From the NCBI RefSeq assembly GCF_964355755.1, contig NC_092676.1, positions 9,959,888-10,023,887 on the forward strand: a stretch of 64,000 nucleotides of DNA. The letters run 5' to 3'. The notes beneath the pieces are model-generated. The model saw only the letters and a program-made list of their open reading frames with translations, ran no database searches and was not told the DNA's origin. The stretch is from Antedon mediterranea (Eukaryota; Animalia; Echinodermata). Of this stretch, positions 10,029-25,000 are shown piece by piece. Numbering within the stretch: the first letter of the stretch is position 1; every line of letters starts with the position of its first letter. A program made the position numbers and the translations under genes.

Positions 10029-13000
10029 ATGACGGAAGATGATCATGATCACGCTGAAATAGAAAATATATGTGGAAATGGTACAGTCGGGACAGTACAC
10101 ACAGCTGGAGATGGACATCCACATATCGTTCATCATCCTCATCCGACACCATACACAATCTTGTTTTTGTTTGGGTGTTGTGCTTTGGGAGGTAAGTCTA
10201 GCTAGTTTAAAACAATGATAACTTATGATTGACAGGAATGAATGACGTGTTAATGCCACCACAATGATGTATAATATGTATGCCTAGGCCTAGGCTAGTC
10301 TAGCCTGGGCCATATTGCATAGAGAATATAACATAGGGCTACATATAGTTTAAGGAGTGCGAACATAAGTGTAAACAGTATAGGCCCTAATTAACGTTTT
10401 ACGTTTTGTTATTTTGTAATAGGACTTACAATTACAGAAAATGTCTTTTCTTATGTAAGATCCATGTTATTTTTTTCCTAAATAAATGTGAACTTGAATT
10501 TAATTATTAATGTAACAGTAATAGATTAATACTAGGCCTACGCTAATGATAATAATAACAATAATGAGCAAAAAAACATTTTAGTAGGTCTAGTTTAGTA
10601 GATTGATTGTTTCAATTGATGTTTGGGTATTTTATTTTTATTATGGTTATTATTTTAGTTAATTTTTGCCTATAAGTAACCATCACAAACACGATGGAGC
10701 ACACACTGCACCGGTGCAAACTGTGTATGTATATCAGATTAATAGTACCAACCAACCAACATAAGGATAGCACAACCTAATGTGATCGAACTAACCTAGT
10801 CTAGGCTAGAGATACTGTTATGTTACACACATTACTATTATATTTTTTAGCTCTGGTTCGGACTCTGTTCAAGAAAATACCAATTCCATATACCGTAATA
10901 CTTTTAATTTTGGGAACAGGATTAGGAATTTTGTCGAATCGTTTTGGAACTGTTTCACTATATACAGGAATGGCTCACATGGACCCTCATCTAATTATGC
11001 ACGTTTTTCTACCAGTTCTTATTTTTGAATCAGCTTTTGCTATGGATGTTCATATATTTCTAAAATCCTTTATTCAGGTAAGTAGCAAGTAATGATGGTT
11101 AGTAAAAATCCTTTTCATTTGGCAAATTTAATTACACGAACATTCCTGAACTTATATTTGTTTCGCATTATATACAAAATGGAAATACGACTCGCGCATA
11201 ATAAATAAAACACTTTTAGAATAAAATTATACTAAACTAAACCTAAAACATGCTTTTGTTGCAGGATTGTTATCGTATTCGGATAGTGTTGTATTATTGT
11301 AATTTGCATCCTTTTAATAGTTCTTTGGCAGTAAAATATTTTGTTTCTTCAATATTATGCGCGCAGATTTGTAAATACTTCCTATACTATACTATAGGAA
11401 TATTATTTTGGAATAAAATTATCTTTATTTTTTTAAAAATAGGTATGCCTTTTGGCGGTATTTGGCTTAATGGTCGCGACAGTCTTAACATCTCTTATTG
11501 CTAAATTTACACTTTCTTACAACTGGTCTTGGAACGTTTCTTTGATGTTTGGTTCTATAGTCAGTGCCACTGATCCCGTAGCCGTCGTTGCACTTCTTAA
11601 AGATCTAGGTAGGTATGCTTTATTTGGATGAATGAACCGAATCAGCATTTTAAAACATTCAAAGTTGTCTAATGTTGCCTAGCAGGCGCAAATCGAGAAA
11701 TAAAGCCGGTGGGAAAATGTGGTGTAGGTATAAATAAAAATATGTAGCCTACAAATAATTGCACTGAGGAACGGTTAGTGTTACCCGAAATATCTGCAAT
11801 TTCCTTCTGGCTGTTTCAAGCTCTGTCTACACTATCAAAGTTTATGTGACAAAAAAATGTGGTATGCCCATAATAATATGAACATGATAATGTCATATGA
11901 CTACCATATTTGGGCCTATCACTGGAAACATCACGTTTTTTTGTCAAACTAGTTTGATAGTGTAGACAGAGCTCTATTTTATTGTTTTCACTTAGCCTCG
12001 CTTTTCAGTTCTTAATTTATTATTTCTACTGTAGGAGCGTCTAAACAACTTGGTACCATAATTGAGGGAGAGTCACTTTTGAACGATGGCTGCTCGATCG
12101 TCATATTTACAATATTTAAAGAAATGGCTATACCAGGAAATTCAAAGACAGGTAAAAATAACACAAAGCATATTTTTAAAACAATTCATGCATATTTATT
12201 GGAAATGAACATTATCGTATCAACATACGGTTCGTATCACCTACGGTATTAATTAACATTATTATATGTGGGATTTTACTATCTGTCACTTACAAACATA
12301 CATTGTTAAAAAATATTATAAATCAAATTAGATAAACGAATTTAAATCTCATTTAATTATTAGGCCTATAAACTGACCTTAATTTGTGATTCACCCTCAA
12401 AATAATGTCAACTATAAACATACATTTTTCTTACATAAAACAAAGGAAATTAGAAATGTTTTCATTCTAGAACTATAGGATAACCATCTATTGTGTCTTT
12501 GATAACAATATTATTTTCAAAATCCAATCAAATGACGCCATGATATAGGCCTATAAGAACAATAAAATCGTTGTATCACCACGATATTTTTGCTCTTACT
12601 AATCATGACGTCATTTGATAGGACGTGATAAAATATTATATTCAGCAAAGGCAACATAGATGGCTATCCTATTCTAGGATGATCTATTTTTAGATTTCTT
12701 TTGTTTCATGTAAGAAAAAAGCATGTTCATCATCTATTTAGTGTAAATGGGCCTTCACGCTTTAATATCATTTCTCAAAATAAAGGTTTCTGTAATAAGA
12801 TAATACCTCTTTCACACCAAAAGTGTGGAGTGATCTCCGGGGTTTATGACCATTCAAAACGTCGAGAAACTCCGGAGATACCCCTTTCACACCAACCCTA
12901 GCAACACCGGATTTATAAAATAAAATTGTAAATGTCGCCCTCTATTTTGTTTGTTTACAAAGCGACGATCATTAGAATCATTTTAATTAATAATATTTTT

Positions 13001-16000
13001 CATTTAATAATTACTTTCAAAAGTCTCAGAAGTAATATTATACAGATATTGACTGCTTAGAGGTTAAATATAAGATTTGACATCCCCGAGGGAATGATAT
13101 TAAGTTCGAGGGAATATATATTTCCCGAAGCGCCATTAACCGATATAAAAGGCAATATCTGTTATATTATATAGCCAAGAACAAGTCTGCTGGGTTGGGT
13201 GAAGCTAGGCTAGGCCTCCTATAGTATTTGTATTGTATTTAAAACAAGCCTGCCTAGACACCTTACCTTGCGAAGAATAATATACAGATAATTACTAATT
13301 AATGATTCCTTGGCAATAAAATATTCACTTAGGCCTAGGTCGTTTAAATTAACAGAAGAATTTCCATCAATAAGCCTATTAATAATAATATTATAATCAG
13401 GTAGGCCGAATAAACAATTCGTCTTCGTCTCGATCTTCGAGGAGCCGAATCACCGGATGTTCAGCGCGTACTAGTTACTAGGTTACTACCGTGAGTATTG
13501 ACCAATCACAAACGGTGTTTCATCACATTTAGGGTGGACTTATAACAAATGAGGGCGCTATGTATGCATAGCTTAAATAGTTTAGAAGATTAATTTCTTC
13601 AAGCAAATTCCGTGGCCCAGCGGATGAAACGTTGTCTTGCGATGGAGTGACAATTCCACCCGAGATGACTTTTGTTTATTTATCGGCAAACTCGAGTGTT
13701 GCACACGAAAATTACACAGTCAATATCATCGTACTCGAGAATTTATATGATCAATGACAGGGGACACGATTATTACGCGAAAATTACACAGTCAATATCA
13801 TCGTTCTCGAGGATATATACGATTTACGATCCTCGCAGCGGTAGTCATGTGATGCAGTTTCAACCAATCACGTTCGCGTATTTACATAGGCTATGTAATA
13901 TTATACAGATATTGACTGCTTAGAGGTTAAATATAAGATTTGACATCCCCTCGGGAATGATATTAAGTTCGAGGGAATATATATTTCCCGAAGCGCCAGC
14001 TTCGGGAAATATATATTCCCCGAGAACTTAATATCATTCCCGAGGGGATGTCAAATATTATATTTAACCGATATAAAAGGCAATATCTGTTATATTATAT
14101 AGCCAAGAACAAGTCTGCTGGGTTGGGTGAAGCTAGGCTAGGCCCCCTATAGTATTTGTATTGTATTTAAACAAGCCTGCCTAGACACCTTACCTTGCGA
14201 AGAATAATATACAGATAATTACTAATTAATGATTCCTTGGCAATAAAATATTCACTTAGGCCTAGGTCGTTTAAATTAACAGAAGAATTTCCATCAATAA
14301 GCCTATTAATAATAATATTATAATCAGGTAGGCCGAATAAATAATTCGTCTTCTTAACTTCTCTTCGAGGAGCCGAATCACCGGATCTTCAGCGCGTAAT
14401 AGTTACTAGGTTACTACACCGTGAGTATTGACCAATCACAAACGGTGTTTCATCACATTTAGGGTGGACTAATAACAAATGAGGGCGCTATGTATGCATA
14501 GCTTAAATAGTTTAGAAGATTAATTTCTTCAAGCAAGTTCAGTGGCGCAGCGGTTGAAGCGTTGTCTTGCGATGGAGTGACAATTCCACCCAAGTTCAAG
14601 ATCCAGAAGATGACTTTTGTTTATTTATCAGCAAACGCGAGTGTTGCCACACGTAAATTACACAGTCAATATCATCGAACTCGAGAATTTATATGTTTAA
14701 TGACAGGGGACACGAAAAATACGCGAAAATTACACAGTCAATATCATCGTTCTCGAGGATATATACGATTTACGATCCTCGCAGCGGTAGTCATGTGATG
14801 CAGTTTCAACCAATCACGTTCGCGTATTTACATAGGCTATGTAATATAATGTTAAATTGATACTACTTATTATTTTTTAAACCCGCTATATATTTTGTAC
14901 AAATATTTAAAGTATTTTGAAATAAAACAAAAGCAATGGGTGATCGTGTGAGAATGACCTTTTGACATAAAACTCAGTGGCCGTATTCACCAATCTCACT
15001 TAAGCTAAGAGAAATACTTACCCTTAAAATTTAAGAATTCTCTTAAAGGGAAACACTTAAGGGGTATTCACAAATGAGTTAAGGGATTCACTTACCTAAA
15101 GAAAACACTTAATGTAAGGGTAAAACTTAAGGGTAAAAATAATCATAAATATTCATGAGTTGTCCCACCATTGTCCAATCACAGAGGATTTAATTCCCCT
15201 ATGGTCCAATCACTTTCCTCTCTAAAAGTAATGTGCATATTAAAAAAAAGGAGTAAGGGGTTGGGGGTCGGGGAGGATGAAGAGAAAAGTGTATGGACGA
15301 TGGTCAATAAAAAGAAAATGGCAGTCAAAACAAAAACAAGTAAATGAATATTAAACCTAGACTAATTTGTATGAGGATCAAGAAAAATAGGTCTAGCCTA
15401 GATGCTACTAACAAACCAACATTCTGTGTAGGCCTAAACCTGTCTGTATTGAGGCATATGCATCCTAGGCTGGTTACTACCTAGCCTAGACTGGGGCCAT
15501 CTACAAATTGTGTTTACAAATACAGTTGGCCATCATTTATGAACAAAATTGTTTTGGTTTTAAAAACTATACAAATATTTAAATTGAAAGAAATACTTAT
15601 TTCAATTTTTTAGCAACGGAAATAATTGTATACTTTATACGAGTGGCATTAGGAGGACCAGCGTTTGGATTTCTGATGGCAAAATTTACGACATTTTGGT
15701 TGTCAAGAATCTTCAACGATGCACTTGTCGAAATCACAATAACATTAGCATCAACTTATTTAACTTTCTACATTGGCGAATCGGTTTTAAAAGTATCAGG
15801 CGTTCTTGCCGTTGTCGTTCTTGGTTTAGTGGTAAACGTTGAAAGAACATCAATAAGTCCAGAAGTTGAGGTATTTTTACATAGGTTAGTACAATGTAAA
15901 ACATTTTAAAAAGAATTCGACCCTGTGGCCAAGTTGATAATATTTGATATTATTTATTTTCTTTTAATGTGAGTGTAGGTTCTGGGAGGTTCTAGGATAC

Positions 16001-19000
16001 GTTGCCAACACTCTCATATTCTTTCTCGTTGGAGTCGTAATCACAGAGCGAGCGATGGAAAACGTTGATCCAATAGACTGGTTTTACATGTTGACCATTT
16101 ACGTGGGAATTAATATAATCAGGTAAATTACTTAAGAAAAGCACATCCATCCAAGCTAATAGTAAAAGGTTAAGTTAAACAAATTTGGAAAGTAAAAGTA
16201 GTGCATCAAAAATAGTCAGGGAAAAGTCAACATGGTGATTCTTTACGTTAAACGGCATCGGTTGGCATTTATCAGTATTTGCATAAATTTGTGCTTAATA
16301 AGCTAAAATATTTAAGAAATGCTTAAGCAAATACCTTAAGCTTTTTATCAAACCGTCATAACAGAAAAAATTGTCTTCGGTAAATTATACTTTGCATGTG
16401 CGTAAAATTAAAATCTAGAGGGCAGCAAATCTTTGTTTACGAGTTGATGTTTTGGTGTGAAACAACTCCGGAGTTTAAAACAGCGGGATTGAACAGCTGA
16501 ACGTTCTCTGGAGGGCTAACTGCGGGGACACACCGTTGTTTTTGGTGAGAAAGGTACCAACATCAAACTCTGTGGCCGTATTCACCAATCTCACTTAGGC
16601 TAAGGGAAATACTTACCCTTACAATGTAATAATTCCCTTAACAAAGGGAAACACTTAAGGGGTATTCACAAATGAGACAAAGGGATTCACTTACCCAGGG
16701 AAAACACTTAATTTAAGGGTAAAACGTATTGAAATGTATTGTCCCTTGAAACACAAAAAAATGAATGTCAAAATATTCTAAATTTAAAATGGCCATATCA
16801 AAGTAATATTAAAGTTATTCACTTTAAGTCGAAAATTCCAGCCAAAAACAACAAGTTTACGTAATTAACAGGTAAATTAGTTTGATTACATTTCGTCTGG
16901 AAAATCGTCGCGAGCGAAAGTAAACAAAGATTTCAAACCACGATTACGCATTATGCATATGCTAATTAGGATTGTTTACAACTCGTCATGGTTGAGAAGG
17001 TATTTTCACACAGATCGTGAGGAAGTTTTATGATTATGCATACAGAGTAGCCAAACAAGCGCGTTTCATTATGGGATATGTTTTGATCGAAAACTTTGAC
17101 TGGAAGTCAAAGTTATTTTTTTAACAAAAAAACGTCTGTATTTCAGTTAAATGATTTTTTTTTTTTGACAAAGTTTTGGTGATAGTTAATAACTATTATG
17201 ATACTTCAAAATGACCCACCTTTTTTCGAAATCTTTTATTCTTTATTTTTTTGGAATTAGTCAAAGGGACAATACATCTTTAAGGGTAAAAATAATCATA
17301 AATATTCATGAGTTGCCCCATGTCTAATCTTCGTAAAGATGGCCTAGAAATTGGACAAGCAAAACTAATATTTTCGGGATAGGTACGACCCATTTGACTA
17401 ACTTTTAGAAAACTGTATTGAACTGCCAAGGGTCGCTGTCATTGATAAAAATAAATAAATGTTGATTTGATTTAAAATGGATATGAAAAGATTTTAAAAT
17501 TTCACAAAAATGACTTTTTATGAATCCTTTTAATGTTAATAAACAGCACACAAAAAATTAGATTCAAATACCTAGAAGAACTTGAGAAATAAACAAATAA
17601 AATTTTGGTATAAAACGGCCGCAAAATGGCCGACCAACTGGCACGCCATCTTAATTTTTATGAACGTTCTATACGCACGTACGAGATCGTCAAATTTAGA
17701 GTTTGAAACACCCGGGGTTGTAGCCACGGTAGCAGTCGTTTTGTGATTGGTTAATGAATTTTAATACAGTCCAATCACCGCCTTGTCTCGTTCGCGGACT
17801 GTGTGGCGTAAACAAAATAAACAAACCCATCCTACACGAGACTCACGTGTTGCAAGCTCCCTGTTGCTGCTGCAGTCGTAGAAAATATCGATATTTCACA
17901 AATCAATAAAAAGTTATGTCTGCAAAGATTGTACGTGAAAAGAAGAGAGGGTGTATTTGTACATCTCACACTAAACCACTCACGCAGACTACAAAGTAGG
18001 CTAGGTCTAGTAGACTATAGTTTCTTCTAAATTTGCTAGTACTATACTAGGCCTACACATGGAGTTTACTCCATGGCCTACATACAGTACAAGAGAGTAG
18101 TAGTCGCCGGTCCACCGACGAACCTCCAGGAAGTGGACAAGGCGCGGGCGTAGACGTATGTAAAAGGCGACGTAAATAAAAAAGGTAAGCTTGTGTTGAA
18201 CTTGTTTTTGGCTCTGAATTTTGTTATTGACTAATATAGTAATATAATAATACTAATAATTAAAGTAGAGCAGAGGTGAGGCAGAGAGGATTATTATAGT
18301 TTAGTTAGTACTGTAATTAAATAATAACCTCTTTCTGTTTGTTACCAAGTTATAAAATATAATACTATAGGGCATAGGTAGGATTGAATAAAAATAATAG
18401 TACATTTCCAACCATTTATTGGTCTTATCTTTGCAGATTTATGGAATCAACAGTACATGAGATGGCTTGAAGAACTGTAATACCTGTAGTACTAGTAATA
18501 AAATTGTAAACATCAACAAATTATATGGCAGGAATAGTGTGTGGAATGAATTTTATTGAACAAATGTATCATAATGAGTTTGGAACAAGCAGGATTTTTC
18601 AAACGGGACATAAATTACTTTTGAGACCTAAGTGATACATTTTAATTCTATCAACACCAGCCAGCTCCATCATATTCCAGAGATTTTTTCATAAATGTCC
18701 ATTGTACATAGTATTTGGCTAAATAAATAAAAAAAGAAGTACAGTAGTGGTTTATTTGTTTATATACCCAGACCCATTTAGATGGTTAAAAACAAACACT
18801 ATATGATGCACTGCTACTAGTGTACTGTCTGGTAGTACATTACCATAGTTACAGTATGAATGTAACCATAGCATTCACGTCTAAAGCATTCTATTATGCA
18901 TATTTTACTATTCTTCATAAATATTTAGTTCTGTAATTTGAATTGTCTGCGCTCATTCTATACTTGGTGTCTTAGTATACTGCATATGTATCGTTCAAGC

Positions 19001-22000
19001 TTGATCCAAGTAGCATCTATTATAAAGTACGCTGGGCATCTTTCTATTCACCTGAAAAAAAGGAAAATGAATAAGCACATGTTTATCTGCCCTCAAAACA
19101 AAATAATAATTTAGTATAATGTATTATGTAAGTTTGATCAACAGTTTAAAATAGCAATGCTCAGTATCTGTTACCTTAATATTATAATTTGACTCTAACA
19201 TTTGTGCTTCCATTCCAATCAATAAATACATTTGCTTATCCCGTCCATCAATTATCATAGTTCCACTCCAATTATAGACCTGTAGGTAGGTAAAAATACA
19301 AATGAATTGTTTATTTATACTGTATTAATAATATATGATACAAGCTCAAATACCCCTAACTAGGCCTGGCCTGTTATACCCTTTATTACTACATTAGAGA
19401 AAATCCACCTCTATTCATTTTAATTGGGAATCCTAATATTTAGTATTCAGTGTTGCCTAGCCTAGGCTCTAGCTAGGGCGGTATGTAAATAATAACAAAA
19501 AAATATTTTAATAATGCGTTAGTCAGAAACGGACACTACAGCACACAACAATATTAATAAACGTACTTATAAATAATGTGTATATACATAATACAGTAAC
19601 ACAATTGTGCCTACCATTAACACCCTCAACGATACATCAAGGAGCATACGCTCTCAGCTCACCTCTGGCCGGGCGACTAAACACAGTATCTGGCAGTCAT
19701 CAATACTAAAAAGGCCTAGCCTAGGCCTAGCTAGCTCCAGGCCATGGCATTGCCAAACACCATTTACTCGTCCAACGGTTTCTTCAAAACGATGTTAACA
19801 CACGATGTGGACGAATTTCCATCAATTTCAGTTAATTACAACGAAATAATAATAAAATGATGTTTCAATAATACGTGTATACCATGGAGTAAAGAATAAT
19901 AATAATATTCTTTACTCCATGGTGTATACTAAATAGCGAAATAAACATCGCTCGCGAGAGGAGGGTCGAGAGAGAGGCCAAGGTGATTGACTCTGTGATT
20001 CTCACACATGCGCACAATAACTCCGTGTACCCAGCAAGATAGGCATTTGGCTATGAATTTCATGAAAGGTGGCCTTGAACAACGAAATTAAAATCATGGT
20101 TGATAATATGAATTAATTTTATTCGATTAAGCTAACATACTTATCCAAGAATAAAAATATCAAAGCGATAAGTAATTACTACCATGCTTTTGCATCAATC
20201 AATGATTTACTCCTAAATTCCTATCTCTGTAATACAAAAATAACTTTTAGTGATGTCACAAAAAGTTTTTCCCAGGGGCGTTTTGAGGGCGTTTTCGTCC
20301 TCCAAAACATTAAGTATGACTATGGCGAGCTTAAAACCGATTGATCTACACGTTGAGCCAATAAAATGATATTGCTAGGAACCCTTTCATATCCATTTTA
20401 AGTTTAGAGCGAATGATTTTCGTATGTATTTCCGAATGTTTCTGTTGCAGAAATGAGATAAGACGAAATTTTTCATCTTAAGGCAGGGTGTTGTTCGTCT
20501 TAGATTTAAGACAAAATTAAGCAATTTCTTTTGCTTAGATATATTGATAAATCTGACTTAAGCAAAATCAAGGATTTAAGGCAAAGTTAAGACGATTTTT
20601 TGCTAAGCAAGTTTGATAAATCCGGCCCCAGTGTCCTACACGCGCGAATCGCCCTACGCGGCCGGTGTAGGGGTACATGTTTGTCACGCTGTTAGCGTAC
20701 ATCGTTATCACAGTCGCTGAAAAATGTGACTTTCCGGGCTGAAAACCAATTCTAAACGTGAGAATCCTCTGTTTATATAGATTGAGCACTAAGGTGTGTT
20801 AATTAGAAAATGAATACAACATGAAGGGGTGTGTTTATTAGGGGCGGGATGTTTATTAGGAACAATACGCTGTCCTTATCATTAACTTGGATCGATATAT
20901 TTTCTTAAACCAATGAGATAAGTGCGCGTCAATCTTTACCGTCACCAAGCGCCCAATCACAATGCAACGATTCATCCTACTGCTCAACGCTTAAAAATTA
21001 TCGCATTTAACGGATAATTATCTATTATTATATAATTATTATGATTTGAATAAGATAATTATCGGTTAATTTTTTTCGAGATAATATATCATTGAATATA
21101 TTCCTTTTTAGAGCAATGACAATCGCAATGTTCAGTCCTATACTAGCCAGGCTTGGGTATGGATTGTCTTGGCGTAACGCAGTCATAATGACGTGGGGAG
21201 GTTTGAGAGGAGCAGTGGGCCTAGCCTTAGCACTGTTAGTCGAGCAAACTGACGAGTTCTTGGAACACGAAGAGCTAAGGAATGTCGGTAGTAAAGTATT
21301 GCTTCATACATCTGGAATTGTCATTCTGACTCTAATTGTGAATGCCACGACAATGCAGAGCTTACTCAAAACCCTTGGTAAGTTATTTATTTATTTTATT
21401 TTATTCAATCGAACCAACAGCGATAATTACCGCCACTAACAGGTTTGATACAAACAAAGCCAGGACTGTTTAAAGCACCTTGATTGGTCCTGACATTGAT
21501 TAGGGGCTTCTCTCGTCCAGTGCCCACCTTGACCAGATGTCTAAGGCAGATACTAGATGCAGGGGCTGCCATATGAGTCGGCAGTGCTGATTTCTAATGC
21601 CTAACGGGACCCCAGCTCCGTATACAGCACCCGCTATTCCCAGATGGTCTCCCATCCAAGCTCTAACCAGGCCCAACGTTGCTTAATATCGGTGATCTGA
21701 CGAGAACCGGTGTTTCAACGTGGTAAACCGTATATGAGGCTCTATAACAAAAAATGAATTGGTTATCGACGTATCTATATATAAATTTACGTAAGGGCAA
21801 AATTCGGTAAATCGATTCGGTAAATCGCGCGTTATTTCTAGAATGTTTACTCGATGGTATATAAAGTTGGTTCGTACTTTCGGTACTGATTTTAACCACC
21901 TGATGTAACCCTGTTTACTAATTAAATTGAGTTCGATAATTAGTTATTGACGATTAAAACGAATTTAGGTTCAACGATTTGCCCCAAATAGGGGTGTTTT

Positions 22001-25000
22001 TCGATCGTGGTATACACTGTCTAATGGATGTCCGTCTTGAAAAATACCCGCAGACAATAATACGAGGATGCTTCGCATTTTCCTATCTCCTCCTACGATA
22101 ATTGTTGAAAACCGGTTGAACAGCTCGAGTACAGCATCATAATGTTGAAGACAGGCCGATTTTCTTTAAAAAATACTATTTTGATAGATTTAATATACGT
22201 TTATACAAATGTATTGATTTGCGATGAATGGAACATTCCAATCTCTGTTCCACAAGCGTCTATTCCCTCAGGCGTCGTAAAGGCAAGTACTGTATACTCA
22301 TAACAGAAATTCGATCCATTTTTTTTTCAATCTGTGCTGCAGAGGTTGGATATAATTTTTTTTTAAGCGGATAATGAGCTAGCGTTTTCACTCGCCGTAT
22401 ATTATGTACACATCTTTATTATTGCAGTTAAACCACCCACATCATCACCCTTCCCTCACTGGCATGAGTAGCGTTGTAAAACCAGTAGAGGATAGGCCTA
22501 CGGTACATCACATGCCCTAAACGCAGAACAACTTTGGTGGGTAGGGTAGGAACCAACTTAAGTATGAATTGGCTCTAAGAAACAATTGAAAACCATTAGT
22601 CCTACTAATTAAGTTGAGTTAGATAATTTAATATTTATTGACGATTAAATCGAATTTATGATTTTCCCCGAATAGAGGTAGTTTTCACAAATTGTTTTAC
22701 ATTATATAAACATATACACGTCGTAGTGATGTATCGTTACATGTACTGTACTATTTCAATCGACTATGACGGTGATAGTTTCAACAAAGTATTAAATCGC
22801 AATGTTTTACTGTGTGTAGTGGTATATTATTTGTAAAACATGAAAACAATTAATATTTCGTTACTAAATGGATAAAGAATATATTTAAAAATTGTTCCTC
22901 TTTGCACCCATCCTCTTCCCCATCCCTCAACCCTAATGTTACATACAAAACACAAATTAAGTTTGTTTAAATTTGACTTAAACAATTGGTCTAATTAATT
23001 CCCAGTGTGCTAATTTTAGTTGAGTACATAAATCACAGTGTCTTTTTATTCGTTCCTGTAAACGACATGTATTATTGTCCTGCGGTACGTACATTTGAAA
23101 TCGCCAGTTTTTTAACGCTGAAATTATTATGTATTCGAGAACCATCTGTGGGCACGACCTAGATGGTACGCGAGCGAAGCGAGCGTACCATCTAGTTTTC
23201 TCAAATTGTTCAGTACGGTAGGCCTGTTTTTCCTCTTTTTTCTGAGGCAGTATTTACAGTAGATGGAAATACTGTATGGAACCTGCCTAAAATATTGCAC
23301 ACAGTAATAAACAGGACAAATAATACTAATAATAATAATTATTATTATTAGGATCAACCAACTTTATTTTGTTGCTGTAGTGGAACTACCATGGTTCATA
23401 TCACTGTATGTCTCTTCATTGTAATCTTCAGGTCTGATATAAGATTAAGTCAAAGCTCTTAAAACATTCATTAAAAAAAAATAGAAACAAGAAACAAAAT
23501 CTTGTCGGGACGATAAAATACCTTTATATTCTTTTAGGCAAAATTGCCTAAAAAAATTGGGGAAAACGTTTACCTATCCTTTCATGATACAGTCATCACA
23601 TGTGAAAAACAGTAAATGCTGTATGATACTGGGCAATTGTCAGTTATGTAGAGAATCGGTTAGAATTACTCATGGTAACTCAAAAACAACCGCAAGGAAT
23701 TCGTTAAACAAATAAAGGTTAAATTTTAGTTAAACCAGTTGACAAGTACTTACTTGCTACGTTTCAGCTACTTTTAGTAGCCTTGTTCACGCAAATAACG
23801 TTGACATGATGTTCTGTCATTCGTCGTAGTTCGTATCCGGATATTCACCCCCTGGACATTTACCCCCCGGAAAACTACCCCCCGGACAACCACCACCTGG
23901 ACCACTACCCCCTTAGGACAACTACCCCTTTAGGACAACTACCCCCCGGACAAATACCCCCCGGACAACTACCCCCTTAGGACAACTACCCCCTTAGGAC
24001 AACTACCCTCTTAGGACAACTAACCCCTGGACAACTACCCCCGGACAATTACCCCCTAGGAACAATTACCCCCGGAGAATTACCCCCCCCCCCCCCCCCG
24101 GGTAATTACCCCACGGACAACTGCCTCTGACACAATACTCCCCGTAGGACAACTACCTCCTGGACCTGGACAATACTCCGAGGGCAAATAATCTTTTAGG
24201 ACAACTACCTCCGTAGGACAACTAACCCCTGGACAACTACCACCCAGAAAACTATCCCTTTAGAACAGCTACCCCCCGGACGGACAACTACCACCCAGAC
24301 CATTCAACAACCTGACCTCTGCAACAGCGTATAATAGGAATTAATAACTATATTTTAATTCGTTACTTTGACGAATTACTATTCATTATTGTAAACAAAA
24401 GTAAAAGATTGAACATAAATATAGCCTGGTATAAACTGAAGATTGTCACACATGATCATAGGATAGTCGAACGTATTATATAGTACTCCCTGTATTTACT
24501 GTAAAAACTGGGTTCGCTAATAATAATAATAATTTTTGCGTCAGGACAATGCTTCGATAACCACTGGTCTTAAAAGAATTAATTTTTGTCTCAAATTTGT
24601 CATTTGTATTTTTGTACACTTGAAGAATAATATCACTTTTGATATTTGACCTCAATGTTCACTCACCGAATAAACGGCGATCTTTAAATAAATTCCCCTC
24701 AAATAAACGGTGACCATGTCACTCTCATGACACATCATATGGAATAATCGGCGTCTATTTCCATTAGATTATACCCCTCCTATTGAATAAACAACTTTCT
24801 TCCAATAAATGTCCACCTAAAAACCACCTAAACAATAAACAGCCAAGGCCGTTTTTTTTCAATAAATACGGTACTTTAAATCTAGCACATCTAGGGCCTA
24901 CTAACGTGCTGTTAAACAGAATAATCGGTTAAAAACGGGTGTTTCGAAACTAGAGACCCGAGACCAGAGACCATGAGACCCGAGACCCAATACGAAAAGG

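Noticed and set aside
21620-21735. Functional 5S rRNA gene
   Set aside because: Several substitutions/indels, no terminator, fused to a body and a LINE tail, and not in an array.
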